Shown in pieces: positions 33,161 through 43,595 of a DNA stretch of 64,000 bases. This DNA is from a virus. A program made the translations under genes and the position numbers. The notes under the pieces were generated by a model. It searched no databases. It had not been told where the DNA came from and worked only from the letters and a program-made list of their open reading frames with translations. Numbering within the stretch: the first letter of the stretch is position 1; the number at the start of each line of letters is the position of its first letter. The stretch lies in the IMG/VR virus record IMGVR_UViG_3300027763_000036, positions 1-64,000 of that record. One strand, 5' to 3'.

Positions 33161-34780
33161 ATGGCAACTCCAATTTTAAACAATGGGATATTCCTAAGAG
33201 ACACAGCCTACCAAGCGTCATCGCATGTAGACTCTTATCACTTAGTGAATATGTTAAAAGATGCTGAACCTATGGATTTAGGTCCGGTAGACCTTTGGGC
33301 TATGGCTCAAAAAGTAGAAATGCCCCTTTACCAGCTTTCTAGCTTTGGTGGCAAAAATGTAATTATGGTAGATAATGCTCGTGGAGAGTATAAGTGGCAG
33401 ACTCCTGTCTCTACAGATCTTCCTTATATCATTGAGGACATTGAATCAGGTAATGCATTTAAAGGTGTTGATGGTACTACCTTCAAAATCAAAATTAACC
33501 GTAGAGAGTTTGGACATGGTGACATCATCACTTATGACAAATACAATGGGGTTGAGATGTACATTACAGATGAAGATATCCTTCCAATTGGTGATGGATT
33601 TATTTATACTGTTCAACTTGTAAACAATGACAATACTAAATACTTGGATAACAAGTACTTGGCTAATGGTACAAGAATGTTTAGAAAAGGTTCTGCAAGA
33701 GGTGAGTATGGTGAAAGATTCTCTGACATCATGACCAATGCAGGATTCCGTGAATACTATAACTTTGTTGGTGGTGCTGAAGCTCACGTACATTATTCTA
33801 TCTCTTCAAGAGCAGACTTAATGATCAAAGGTGGTATGAATGCAGATGGTACAGTTCCTGTAACTGAAATCTGGAGAACATTTGATAAAAACAACCTAGA
33901 TCCATCTATCACATCTTTGGAAGATATGGTAAAAGTTATGGGTAAAGATGCAGTTAAAAAAGCATTTGACAATGGAGATCTTTCTAGAACTTTCTTGACA
34001 AATATGGAAGCTGCTCACTTATCTAAAATTGCTACAGATATTGAGACTTACTTAATGTGGGGACAAGGTGGTAAAGTTAAACAAGATGGTCCAGATGATA
34101 TCAGACTTTCTGTTGGACTTTGGCAACAATTGAACAACGCGTTCAAAAGAGTATACAACAAGAATAACTTTACTCTTGACTTATTCCGTGGAGAAATTTA
34201 TAACTTCTTCAATGGTAAGGTTGAGTTCCAAGGACCAGATCCAAAAAGATCTCTTATTGTACAAACTGGTATGGGTGGTATGCGTATGGTTAATGAGGCC
34301 ATCAAGCAAGAAGCTATCTCTTCAGGTTTGTTAATTCAGGCTGCTGATATTGGTGCTATCACTGGTAAAGGTATGGACTTGAACTTTGGATTTGCTTATA
34401 CATCATATGTAATTCCATTCTTGGCAAATGTTAAGTTTGTTCTTAACCCAGCATTTGACAATGTTCATACAAATGATATTGAGAACCCAATCATTGATGG
34501 TTTCCCATTATCTTCTTATAGCTTTATCATCTTTGATATCACTGATAACACTAATGATAATATCTTTATGTTGAAACTTTCTTGGGATAACCAATTGAAG
34601 TGGTGGTATCAAAATGGTACTATGGACTACATGGGAAGAACTCAAGGATTCCAGTCTTCTGGACAATTCAACGGGTACCGTGTGATGATGTCTCAAACAA
34701 TGCCAGCTATTTGGGTAAAAGACCCAACTAAAGTCTTGAAAATTGTTATGAGAAACCCAATCACTGGAGGCTCTCTATAA
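33161..34780 (+). CDS. Major capsid protein
   Basis: 539 aa, high-expression codon bias, position after the scaffold, followed by a terminator. Confidence 0.85.
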   Translation: MATPILNNGIFLRDTAYQASSHVDSYHLVNMLKDAEPMDLGPVDLWAMAQKVEMPLYQLSSFGGKNVIMVDNARGEYKWQTPVSTDLPYIIEDIESGNAFKGVDGTTFKIKINRREFGHGDIITYDKYNGVEMYITDEDILPIGDGFIYTVQLVNNDNTKYLDNKYLANGTRMFRKGSARGEYGERFSDIMTNAGFREYYNFVGGAEAHVHYSISSRADLMIKGGMNADGTVPVTEIWRTFDKNNLDPSITSLEDMVKVMGKDAVKKAFDNGDLSRTFLTNMEAAHLSKIATDIETYLMWGQGGKVKQDGPDDIRLSVGLWQQLNNAFKRVYNKNNFTLDLFRGEIYNFFNGKVEFQGPDPKRSLIVQTGMGGMRMVNEAIKQEAISSGLLIQAADIGAITGKGMDLNFGFAYTSYVIPFLANVKFVLNPAFDNVHTNDIENPIIDGFPLSSYSFIIFDITDNTNDNIFMLKLSWDNQLKWWYQNGTMDYMGRTQGFQSSGQFNGYRVMMSQTMPAIWVKDPTKVLKIVMRNPITGGSL

Positions 34781-34793
34781 TAGATCAAAGTAT

Positions 34794-34822
34794 AAGAGGG
34801 AGAGTAATATCTCCCTCTTTTT
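34794..34822 (+). terminator. Intrinsic terminator
   Basis: AAGAGGGAGA-loop-TCTCCCTCTT followed by T residues. Confidence 0.85.
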
Positions 34823-34853
34823 ACTTATTTTTAAATTTTAAAACCAACAAAAA

Positions 34854-35879
34854 ATGGAAAGTACAGGATTTACAATGGTGGAAATTAACAAGGCTGCCAC
34901 CAGCAGAAAAACAGCTATAGCAGTTAGAACGTTCTTTGATAGTAACTCATCTAATATGGGATTAGAAAACTACCAACAGGTATTGTTTGATGGTGTAAAA
35001 CATCATGAGCAATTAGCTTGTTTGGAAGTTAATGGAGTAATTAGATATATCACAGGTTTAAATGAGTTTGCACCTGAGATTAAAAATTTACCTACAGACC
35101 AAAAAGAAGCAAAAGTTAGAGAAATCAGAACAGCAATTGCAGAACTTGAAAGAGAATTAGCATCTAATGTTGTTGATATTGAAGACAAAGATTTTTGGAA
35201 TAAAGTAAAATTACTTACTCCAAATAACAAAGATTTCTGGAATAAGATAGATATTAAATGTGGTAATGAGCCAGTATATCTAGATCCAAAAGATCCTTTT
35301 GATAGAATTAAAATTTATGCTATTGAAGCTGGAGGATTTTCAATTATAGCAAAAAGCTATGAAGATGCAAGATCAAAAGCTAAACCGCCTAAATTTTATT
35401 TAGATAAAGAAGAAGAAACTGTAATGATCAGAACTGAGTACAAGAAAATGCGTAACAAAGCACTTTCTGAGTTACAAAAGTTATTTGATAAGAACAGTAC
35501 AAAACTATTCTATGTTGCTAAAGTAGTAGATATTAATAGCACACAGTATAGAAAAACTACTCCAAATGATATCATTTATGAAAATATGGATATGTACATA
35601 AATGGTGAAGGTGGAGAAAGCAACAAAGAAAGAGCAGCAAAATCTTTCATGGATGCAGTTAGTATGGATATGGAAACATTAAAAATTAAATCAGTTGTAC
35701 GTGATTCCATATTTTTTAAGTATATTATTAATAAGGCAGATGGTCATATTTACCATGCTAAGTCTAATAGCTTACTTGGTAGAAATGTAGCTGATGTTGT
35801 AGAGTACATGAAGAACCCACTCAATGAGGATGTTCTTAAAGACCTTACAGCTTCTGTTGAGAAATTATGGAATTCATAA
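34854..35879 (+). CDS. Head-module hypothetical protein
   Basis: 341 aa directly after the MCP. Confidence 0.8.
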   Translation: MESTGFTMVEINKAATSRKTAIAVRTFFDSNSSNMGLENYQQVLFDGVKHHEQLACLEVNGVIRYITGLNEFAPEIKNLPTDQKEAKVREIRTAIAELERELASNVVDIEDKDFWNKVKLLTPNNKDFWNKIDIKCGNEPVYLDPKDPFDRIKIYAIEAGGFSIIAKSYEDARSKAKPPKFYLDKEEETVMIRTEYKKMRNKALSELQKLFDKNSTKLFYVAKVVDINSTQYRKTTPNDIIYENMDMYINGEGGESNKERAAKSFMDAVSMDMETLKIKSVVRDSIFFKYIINKADGHIYHAKSNSLLGRNVADVVEYMKNPLNEDVLKDLTASVEKLWNS

Positions 35880-35891
35880 ATATTATATAAA

Positions 35892-37040
35892 ATGGCAACT
35901 TCAAAAAAACAAAAAAAACAAAGTACTAGTTTAATAGATGCTGTAAACAGATGGGCAGATAGAAATTTTAGAAATAGTATTAATAAATCTTCTTCAGATT
36001 TAAATAAAAAGATTCAAAAAAAACTTGATCCAGTTAGAAAAGAAGCAAAAAAAGTAAATACTAAAATTCAAAAAGAATATGGTGATCCTTTAAGAAAAAA
36101 GGCATCTAATTTAAATACTAAAATTCAGACTAAAGTTGGAGATCCAATAAGAAAAAGTACTTATGGAGATAAAAAGAAAGAAGTTAAAAAAGTAGAAGTT
36201 AAAAAACCTGCGGTTAAACCAAATAATAAAGATCTCCTTGACAAGATGACAAGAACTGCTCAAGGTTATTATTTAAATACTAAGACTGGTAAACTTGAAA
36301 AGAATCCTGATATTAATACTATAACTAAAAAATTTGCTGAAGATCTTAAAAACAAACAGACTAAAAAAGTAGAAGTTAAAAAGCCTACTGCTAAACCAAT
36401 TAGTATGAAAACCCCAGTAAGGGTATCTGATATTGCAAATAAAGTAGCAGAAGGAGCTGGAAAAAAAGACGCTCCAAAAGTAAAAGCTCAAATTGAATCT
36501 TTAATAAGACCAGAGATTAAAAAGAAAAAAGAAAAAGTAAAGAAAAAAGTATTACAACCAGAAATTAAAAGATATAAGCCTAATACTGAACCATTAAGAT
36601 ATCTTGATGATAAATTACCAATTAAAAACTCAGAGTCTAAAAAGTCTACACCAACTCCACCACCAACTCCACCACCACCTGCTTCTTCACCTACAGTATC
36701 ACAATTGTGGCAACAAAAAACTGGTACTAGTTGGTCAGAAGCTAAAAAACAAGGATTAACCGATGGTAGTGCTTCTGCAAATATGGCTTTGATGAAGAAG
36801 TTAAAGTCTGGTGAAATAAATAAAAGCAGTTTGTCAAAACCAAAAACTGAGGTTACCCCAACTCCAGTTGCAACAACTCCTACTCCTACTCCAACTCCTA
36901 AATCTAAGCCTACTCCATATGCTGGATCAGGAATAGGTGCAATGGAAAGATCAGAAAGAGAATTTGAAGAACAAGGATTTAGAAGAGGAGGTTCAGTTAG
37001 AAAAATGCGCAAGGGTGGTATGGTAAAAAGAAAAAAATAA
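35892..37040 (+). CDS. Lys/Pro-rich basic protein with GG motifs
   Basis: 382 aa, low complexity, PT repeats; FRRGG, MRKGG. Confidence 0.8.
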   Translation: MATSKKQKKQSTSLIDAVNRWADRNFRNSINKSSSDLNKKIQKKLDPVRKEAKKVNTKIQKEYGDPLRKKASNLNTKIQTKVGDPIRKSTYGDKKKEVKKVEVKKPAVKPNNKDLLDKMTRTAQGYYLNTKTGKLEKNPDINTITKKFAEDLKNKQTKKVEVKKPTAKPISMKTPVRVSDIANKVAEGAGKKDAPKVKAQIESLIRPEIKKKKEKVKKKVLQPEIKRYKPNTEPLRYLDDKLPIKNSESKKSTPTPPPTPPPPASSPTVSQLWQQKTGTSWSEAKKQGLTDGSASANMALMKKLKSGEINKSSLSKPKTEVTPTPVATTPTPTPTPKSKPTPYAGSGIGAMERSEREFEEQGFRRGGSVRKMRKGGMVKRKK

Positions 37041-37059
37041 TTTATATAAATTAAATAAA

Positions 37060-37551
37060 ATGAAAGCAAAAATGCAAAGAGGTGGATTAACTGCCACTAA
37101 TAGAAAAACAGCTATGACAGCATTAGGAATCAAACCAAAATCTAAAGAGTTTGATCCATCAAGATTTGGTGATAAGGCTAGTGTTGGTACTACTAGAAAA
37201 AAATATGCTGAAGGTGGTCCTACACTTGGTCCGGTTTATAGCGGACCAACAGGTGGAAAAGGTGGTGCTGGAACATATGAGCCGCCTGTAACAAAAAAAA
37301 CACCAACCACAAGAAAAAAATCATATAAAACTGGTGGTATGGTTAATCCAAATGCAACAGTTAAAAAACAAACTGTACCTGGATCTAAAGGAGTTATGTC
37401 TGGAGAGAATCCAAAAGCATCTGCATCTAAAGTTGCTAAAGGACGTTCAGGTGGAATTTCAAAGGCTCCTAAAACTGCAACTCCTAAAGCAATGTATGGC
37501 ATGTCTATGAAACCAGGCATGATGAAAATGGGTGGTGCTAAAAAGAAATAG
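37060..37551 (+). CDS. Basic disordered protein with GG motifs
   Basis: MQRGG, YAEGG, YKTGG, MKMGG. Confidence 0.75.
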   Translation: MKAKMQRGGLTATNRKTAMTALGIKPKSKEFDPSRFGDKASVGTTRKKYAEGGPTLGPVYSGPTGGKGGAGTYEPPVTKKTPTTRKKSYKTGGMVNPNATVKKQTVPGSKGVMSGENPKASASKVAKGRSGGISKAPKTATPKAMYGMSMKPGMMKMGGAKKK

Positions 37552-37553
37552 TC

Positions 37554-37892
37554 ATGCCTAAAGATTCTTGCTATCATAGTGTAAAATCAAGATATGCCGT
37601 CTTTCCCTCTGCAAGAGCTTCACAAGCTATTGCTAAGTGTAGAAAAGGTAAAGGTCAAGTAAGAAAGACTGAGAAGGGTGCAGAACTAAAAAGATGGCAA
37701 GCAGAAAAATGGCAAGATACTAAATCAGGAAAAGCTTGTGGTGCCGGTGGTAAAAATGAATACTGCCGGCCTACAAAAAGAGTATCTAAGGATACACCTA
37801 AAACAAAGTATGAACTAACACCTTCTAAACTAGCTGCTAAAAAGGCTGAGAAGTCAAGAGTAGGAATGGGAAGAAGAGTTAAAAAAGTATAA
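37554..37892 (+). CDS. Small basic phage protein
   Basis: DSCY...YAVFPSARAS...LKRW-x-x-EKW...YCRP. Confidence 0.75.
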   Translation: MPKDSCYHSVKSRYAVFPSARASQAIAKCRKGKGQVRKTEKGAELKRWQAEKWQDTKSGKACGAGGKNEYCRPTKRVSKDTPKTKYELTPSKLAAKKAEKSRVGMGRRVKKV

Positions 37893-37894
37893 CC

Positions 37895-38137
37895 ATGGCA
37901 ATTAAAAAAACAACTACAAAAAAAGCACCAGCTAAGAAGTCAAGTTCTTCAGTTGGTATTTCTATTTTAGGTGGTAATAAAGCAGACATGAGAAAATGGG
38001 AAATTGAATCTGCTATGTCTACATTACAAAGAGCTGCTGAGATTCAGAAGAATGCTAAGCTTATGAATGATGTTAAGAAAATGGCAGCTGAAAAAGCAAA
38101 AGAATTCAATAGCATTGCTGCTGGTAAAAAGATTTAG
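37895..38137 (+). CDS. Small basic protein
   Basis: 80 aa. Confidence 0.7.
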   Translation: MAIKKTTTKKAPAKKSSSSVGISILGGNKADMRKWEIESAMSTLQRAAEIQKNAKLMNDVKKMAAEKAKEFNSIAAGKKI

Positions 38138-38139
38138 TA

Positions 38140-38379
38140 ATGGCAAGAGTTACTGCAGGTGGTGAAAAACATAGAGTTTACAAAAAGACTAATAAGATTG
38201 GTAAAGGTAAGCCTGGTGATATAATGGTTAATCATCCTACTAAAGATAAAGGAATGTGGGATACAATTAATCTAACCAAAAAAGCAGGAGCAAAAACAGT
38301 AAAGCAAGGTATAGCAGCAACTAAAAAATGGCATAGAGAAAATCCATATCCAAAACCTAAAAAAAATGGCAAAGTATAA
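38140..38379 (+). CDS. Small basic protein
   Basis: 79 aa. Confidence 0.7.
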   Translation: MARVTAGGEKHRVYKKTNKIGKGKPGDIMVNHPTKDKGMWDTINLTKKAGAKTVKQGIAATKKWHRENPYPKPKKNGKV

Positions 38380-38644
38380 AAGTCCAAGCTGGACCAGAAA
38401 AGAAGGTAAGGATCCTAAAGGAGGATTAAATGCTAAAGGAGTAGCTTCTTATAGAGCAGCTAATCCTGGAAGTAAGCTTCAAACAGCTGTAACTACTAAA
38501 CCATCAAAGCTTAAGCCTGGTAGCAAAGATGCTAAAAGACGCAAGAGCTTTTGTGCTAGAATGTCAGGAATGCCTGGACCAATGAAAGATGAAAAAGGAA
38601 GACCAACTAGAAAAGCTCTTTCTTTAAGAAAATGGAATTGTTAA
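38366..38644 (+). CDS. Small basic phage protein
   Basis: WTRKEGK...GGLNAKG...RRKSFCARM...LRKWNC. Confidence 0.8.
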   Translation: MAKYKSPSWTRKEGKDPKGGLNAKGVASYRAANPGSKLQTAVTTKPSKLKPGSKDAKRRKSFCARMSGMPGPMKDEKGRPTRKALSLRKWNC

Positions 38645-38660
38645 TTTATTATATATAATT

Positions 38661-38978
38661 ATGAAGACTTGTAAAATGGGTTGTGGTAAGATGAAATCTG
38701 GAGGCACAATCAAAAAGGTAAAAAAGATGGCATTAGGTGGTTCTGCTACCAATAAACTAAATAATCCTAAAGCACCTACTAAACCTATGAGAGGTGGTGG
38801 CAATACTAAAATGGGAATCTATGGTGTTCCTAATGCAGGACCTACAGGACCAAACATTCAAGGTATTAATACTATGAAAGCAGGTGGTAATGTTACTGCT
38901 GTTAAAAGAGGATGCCCCGGAGGGACTCAAAGATTGGAAAATGGCAAATGTGGTCAAAGACCATTATATGGTGCATAG
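38661..38978 (+). CDS. Basic protein with GG motifs
   Basis: MKSGG, MALGG, MRGGG, MKAGG. Confidence 0.7.
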   Translation: MKTCKMGCGKMKSGGTIKKVKKMALGGSATNKLNNPKAPTKPMRGGGNTKMGIYGVPNAGPTGPNIQGINTMKAGGNVTAVKRGCPGGTQRLENGKCGQRPLYGA

Positions 38979-39046
38979 TAAATAACTATTAAAAGAAATA
39001 ATCATGTGTAGCTGTAGAAATAAAGGTAAAATAAAAAAGTAAAGTC

Positions 39047-39199
39047 ATGGCAACTAAAAAGAAGACTGACAAGAAGTGGATCCAGAAAGCAATTAATCCT
39101 GCACATAAAGGATATTGCACTCCGATGACTAAAGCTACTTGTACTCCTAAAAGAAAGGCTCTTGCTATTACATTAAGAAAAATGTCTAAAAATAAATAA
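39047..39199 (+). CDS. 50-aa basic protein (not in ORF track)
   Basis: MATKKKTDKKWIQKAINPAHKGYCTPMTKATCTPKRKALAITLRKMSKNK*. Confidence 0.7.
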   Translation: MATKKKTDKKWIQKAINPAHKGYCTPMTKATCTPKRKALAITLRKMSKNK

Positions 39200-39201
39200 T
39201 C

Positions 39202-39786
39202 ATGAAAAAAAATAATAAAGTAAATCCACTTAAATACTTTAATGATAATAAAGCTATGGCTTATAAAAAAGCTGGTGGTGCTATGAAAGATTTTAAAAAA
39301 TCATTAAAAAGATATCAAGGTAATGTGACAGGTAGTCAAGTTTCTTCAGATGTTAGGAATGCTCTAATGGATAGTGCTAATAAAAGTAATATGGCCAATG
39401 AACAATATAATAGTAGCCTTACTAATTCACGTAAATTAATGGAGGATTCTTATAATACTCAAAATCTTTTGCGTGAAGCATCTGAAAGAAATAGACAATT
39501 ACTTGAAAATGCACCAAGAAACAATTCAGCTGCGCAAGCAAGAATGAATGCAACTATAAGCTCACCTGCAAAAGCTGTTGCCCAACCAGTTTCAAATGTT
39601 GACTCATCTTCATATGAAAGATATAAACAACAATTTAATAGAAAGGGCGGCTCTGTAAAAAAAATGTCTAAAGGTGGGGCACTTAAACCAGTTCCTGCAG
39701 ATAAAGTAGGTCTTTCTAAACTACCAACACCTGTTAGAAATAAAATGGGATATCAAAAGAAAGGTGGTTCTGTAAAAAGAAAATAA
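39202..39786 (+). CDS. Basic protein with GG motifs
   Basis: KKAGG, NRKGG, MSKGG, QKKGG. Confidence 0.75.
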   Translation: MKKNNKVNPLKYFNDNKAMAYKKAGGAMKDFKKSLKRYQGNVTGSQVSSDVRNALMDSANKSNMANEQYNSSLTNSRKLMEDSYNTQNLLREASERNRQLLENAPRNNSAAQARMNATISSPAKAVAQPVSNVDSSSYERYKQQFNRKGGSVKKMSKGGALKPVPADKVGLSKLPTPVRNKMGYQKKGGSVKRK

Positions 39787-39793
39787 ATAAGAA

Positions 39794-40495
39794 ATGTTAA
39801 ATAGTACTATAACTGTAAAGATTAAACAACGGCTGAATAAATTAGATAGCCAAGATTATGACAACTTAGAGTGTTGGCAGATAGTTGAGGCGTTTAATAA
39901 AGCTCAGGTGGAGTGGTCTAGAAGACAGTTACATGGTATTAACTTAACCAAGGAGGGTGATGAAGGATCTACTAGAAGAAAGGACGATATGCAAGTTCTT
40001 CTTTTCAAAGAGACTATAACTAATCTAACTGACAAAGGAGATTATTCATTCTTAAATATTCCTGGAGATTATTTACAATGGAAAAGAGTAGATGTATTTG
40101 CTCAAAGAGATTGTTGTGATAAAAGAAGAATGGTTATATATCTGGCAGAAGAAGGGAATGTCTCAGTACTTCTTAGAGATAAATTAAAGAAGCCAAGCTT
40201 TGAATGGGCAGAGACATTTGCTACTCTTATAGATGATAACATTAATGTTTACACCAACGGGGAATTTAATATACCAGAGGTTCAATTAACTTACTACAGA
40301 CAACCTAGAAAGATTCAGATTCAGGGATGTGTGGATCCCTATACTAATATACAATCTCCTGTTAATGTTACATGTGAGTTTAAAGATGATATAATAGAAT
40401 TAATAATTGATGAAGCAGTAAGTATTATAGCTGGAGATATTGAGTCAGGAAATCAATTCTCTAGAGGTACAGATACTGCAGAACGCAACAACTAA
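39794..40495 (+). CDS. Head-tail connector/ring-like protein
   Basis: 233 aa; ...AFNKAQ...LTYYRQP...IIDEAV pattern; position. Confidence 0.55.
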   Translation: MLNSTITVKIKQRLNKLDSQDYDNLECWQIVEAFNKAQVEWSRRQLHGINLTKEGDEGSTRRKDDMQVLLFKETITNLTDKGDYSFLNIPGDYLQWKRVDVFAQRDCCDKRRMVIYLAEEGNVSVLLRDKLKKPSFEWAETFATLIDDNINVYTNGEFNIPEVQLTYYRQPRKIQIQGCVDPYTNIQSPVNVTCEFKDDIIELIIDEAVSIIAGDIESGNQFSRGTDTAERNN

Positions 40496-40498
40496 AAA

Positions 40499-41017
40499 AT
40501 GGAACCAAAATCTAGACTTTTAAAAAGAAATCCTGAGCCTACTAGAACATTGAGTAGACCACAGGTAACAGTAACACAACCTAAATCAGAACCTTCAAAA
40601 CCACAACCTACTCCGGATACTGGAGTTGGTGGTAGCTCATTAGATACTATGACAGCAGCCTGTGCATCAGAACTTATGAATGCTACAACAAGTTTTCACA
40701 AACTTCATTTAAAAGTTACAGGAGATGGATCTTATGCAGCACATAATGCACTTAATCCATTCTATCAAGGACTTCATGAACATGCCGATACTTTGGTTGA
40801 AGGATATCAAGGAGCAGCTGAAAAACTATTAACTTATACAGAAGTGCCTGCTAGAACTTTAGATACAGTAGCAGATGGTGTAGCATATCTTAGAGATTTA
40901 TATAATATTATTAACAAATTACAAGGTATGATGCCCTACTCTGAGATTGTTAATAATTTAGATTTAGTTAAAGAGTCAATTACGTCAACTAAGTATAAAC
41001 TTCTTTTCTTGAAATAA
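40499..41017 (+). CDS. Dps/ferritin-like protein
   Basis: FHKLHL...SYAAHNAL...Y...ADTLVEGYQG...TKYKL. Confidence 0.8.
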   Translation: MEPKSRLLKRNPEPTRTLSRPQVTVTQPKSEPSKPQPTPDTGVGGSSLDTMTAACASELMNATTSFHKLHLKVTGDGSYAAHNALNPFYQGLHEHADTLVEGYQGAAEKLLTYTEVPARTLDTVADGVAYLRDLYNIINKLQGMMPYSEIVNNLDLVKESITSTKYKLLFLK

Positions 41018-41081
41018 TTTTGATATTGTAAATATTTTTACTATATTATATTATATATATGTTTAACTAAAATTTAAAAAA

Positions 41082-42773
41082 ATGGCTTATTTTAATCATG
41101 CGTTTAAGAAAACGTTTCTTGCAACAGGAGCAAGTATTTCTTCTGTTCCAATCAAAAATCCACAAGGTGGATCTTTAGGTACTGCTAGTGCAACTGGTGG
41201 TTTTTTGACTACTGCATCCTCTGGTAAACCAACTTATACATTAAATCAAATTGCTGCGGCATCTACTCTAGTAAATGGTAGTTATGCAAACAATTATGTT
41301 GGATTATTTACTAAAGACCAGCTTTCTGCATCTAGTAGTGATCTTTCATCTTGTTGCCCACTTTACTTAGTTGGTTCTGCCATCTACTGTAATGATAAGA
41401 TTAGTCCTTTCTTAGGTGGATACCAAGAGACTAATAAATCTAAACTTATTAATCCTAAATATGTATCTAGATTCTATAGTGTAGGTTCTTGTGCTCCATC
41501 TAACAATGTTGTTCACGTTGGATCTACTTATTCAACTTTAGGTGGTGGTGTTAAAACAGGTTCTATTACTACTGCTGGTGCTGGGTATTTACCAGCCCCA
41601 TCTACTAATGTTCTTGTTACAACAACAACTGTTACTGGAACAGGAACCGGATTAACTTTATTTATTAATATTTCAGGTACGGGTGTTCCAACTTTAGTAG
41701 TTTCAAATCCAATTGGAAGTGTTGGTAAGGGTTATGCTGTTGGTGACACTGTAACAATTAACTCCCCTTCTGGAGTACCAGGTACTCTTGCAGTATATAC
41801 TATTGGAAGTGTATATCCTGCAGTTTCTCCAGTTATCCCAGGAACTAATTGTTGTAAAGAATTTTTATGTGGTGAGACTTATAATCTTCGTTTAGATGTT
41901 AAAGGTTCTCCTGCTCTAAGATTCTTAAATCACAATGCATACTATACTGCAACTGCTTACACAGGATGTTGTCCAGCAGGAGCTATTGCTCCAACCGCTG
42001 TTAACTCAACTAATGTTATGATCCTTTGGGCCAATGATTTATTAAACTCTCCAATTGTATCTCCATTTATTCAGATTGCTATTCAAGATGAATCTGGTGT
42101 TATCTGGTATGCTCCAGGAACAGATGCTGCTTTCTTAGCTGCTGAAGGTGCTAACACTTGGAATAACTATAATACAGCTACACCACACACAGCTAATAAA
42201 TGTGCCGGTTTAATCCTTAATGGTGCTTATGTAGATACTAGATTTGGTGATTGTACTTTCCAAATTTCTGACTTCTATGAGAAACAACCAGTCAACTTAA
42301 TTGTAAGTGAAGTAGATTTAAATGGTGATCCATGTGAGTTTACAGGTATCTGTGTTGCTAATGAGTGTCTTGGTAGTCAAGTAATGGGTCTTGGAGAAAC
42401 AGTTCTTAGAGATATTATTCTTTCTGAGTCTTATAGACAAAACTTCTTCTCTTCTGACTTCAGAATCCGGGAGATTACTCAAGGTAACCAAATTGTAAAT
42501 GCTATTAACAGACAAGCACTTTACTATAGAGATTATATTCAGCATAGTGTTCCTAGATTTAACAATCCTTCTGGAACATTTGATAATGATCAATACTTAT
42601 TGGAAGTTGTCTTTACAAGTTCTACTACTGCAAGTGCATTTGAAACTGCTGTTTCAGGTTGGTTAACAACTTGTGGAGTTTGTGAAGTTGAAGTTGGTGT
42701 AAATGGATATAACTGTTTATCTACTTGTGCAGCTATTGCATTCCCAGCTCTTCCAGCTCAGTGCGGAATCTAA
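41082..42773 (+). CDS. Abundant virion structural protein (auxiliary capsid-like)
   Basis: 563 aa, high-expression codon bias, inserted G/T-rich domain, own upstream motif and downstream terminator. Confidence 0.6.
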   Translation: MAYFNHAFKKTFLATGASISSVPIKNPQGGSLGTASATGGFLTTASSGKPTYTLNQIAAASTLVNGSYANNYVGLFTKDQLSASSSDLSSCCPLYLVGSAIYCNDKISPFLGGYQETNKSKLINPKYVSRFYSVGSCAPSNNVVHVGSTYSTLGGGVKTGSITTAGAGYLPAPSTNVLVTTTTVTGTGTGLTLFINISGTGVPTLVVSNPIGSVGKGYAVGDTVTINSPSGVPGTLAVYTIGSVYPAVSPVIPGTNCCKEFLCGETYNLRLDVKGSPALRFLNHNAYYTATAYTGCCPAGAIAPTAVNSTNVMILWANDLLNSPIVSPFIQIAIQDESGVIWYAPGTDAAFLAAEGANTWNNYNTATPHTANKCAGLILNGAYVDTRFGDCTFQISDFYEKQPVNLIVSEVDLNGDPCEFTGICVANECLGSQVMGLGETVLRDIILSESYRQNFFSSDFRIREITQGNQIVNAINRQALYYRDYIQHSVPRFNNPSGTFDNDQYLLEVVFTSSTTASAFETAVSGWLTTCGVCEVEVGVNGYNCLSTCAAIAFPALPAQCGI

Positions 42774-42795
42774 TAGAATTAAATTAATAATTATA

Positions 42796-42832
42796 AAAGG
42801 GGAGAGAGAGTTTATACTCCTCTCCTTTTTTT
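42796..42832 (+). terminator. Intrinsic terminator
   Basis: GGAGAG...CTCTCC followed by a T-tract. Confidence 0.75.
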
Positions 42833-42847
42833 ATAAAATAAAGTAGT

Positions 42848-43417
42848 ATGGCAAATCATGTATTAAGTTTAGAGGTGCCTCAAGTAATGAATGAATGCAT
42901 TCTTAAGATACTTGACACAAGTGTATATCAAACATTGGATCCCGCTATTCCAATAGTATGCCCTACCTTAAATGTTACTGTACCTGGATTTGGTTATTCT
43001 AACCAGATAACAGGAACTACAATGACTAATTTTGTTAATACAGGTCACATAACTTTAACAGCATGTGATTTGCAATTGCAAACTACAAATTGTGGAACAA
43101 CTTATTTTAATATACCAGACGGTATTTATATTATAAAATACAGTGTATCCCCTAATGAGACAGTATATGTAGAGTATAATCATTTAAGAGTAACAGCAGC
43201 ATTAAATAAATATTACAAGATTCTTTGTGATGTAGATGTAGCTGATTGTGATCCTCCTTTTAAAATAAAACAAAGACTTGAAGAACTAAGATTAATTTTT
43301 ATGTATCTTCAAGCAGCAAAGTCTAAGGTAGAGTTTTGTCTTGAGCCACAGAAAGGTATGAGCTTATATAACTATGCCCTTAAACTTTTGAATAGAATGG
43401 AATGTAGAAATTGTTAA
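42848..43417 (+). CDS. Tail structural protein
   Basis: IPDGIYIIKYSVSP motif; tail module. Confidence 0.6.
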   Translation: MANHVLSLEVPQVMNECILKILDTSVYQTLDPAIPIVCPTLNVTVPGFGYSNQITGTTMTNFVNTGHITLTACDLQLQTTNCGTTYFNIPDGIYIIKYSVSPNETVYVEYNHLRVTAALNKYYKILCDVDVADCDPPFKIKQRLEELRLIFMYLQAAKSKVEFCLEPQKGMSLYNYALKLLNRMECRNC

Positions 43418-43436
43418 ACCAATAAAATCAATAATT

Positions 43437-43595
43437 ATGTCAGTTTGTCCTAATTGTAAAGCAAATTTATCCTGCGGATGTCAAATAAGAAAAGCCTCTG
43501 ATGGAACTCAAGTATGCACTAGTTGTCTAGGTAATTATGAAATAAAAGTAAAAGGTCCTCAACCAAAAGATAATTTAAAAAAATTCACTAAATAA
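43437..43595 (+). CDS. 52-aa Cys-rich Zn-finger-like protein (not in ORF track)
   Basis: MSVCPNCKANLSCGCQ...VCTSC; stop overlaps the next ATG. Confidence 0.7.
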   Translation: MSVCPNCKANLSCGCQIRKASDGTQVCTSCLGNYEIKVKGPQPKDNLKKFTK

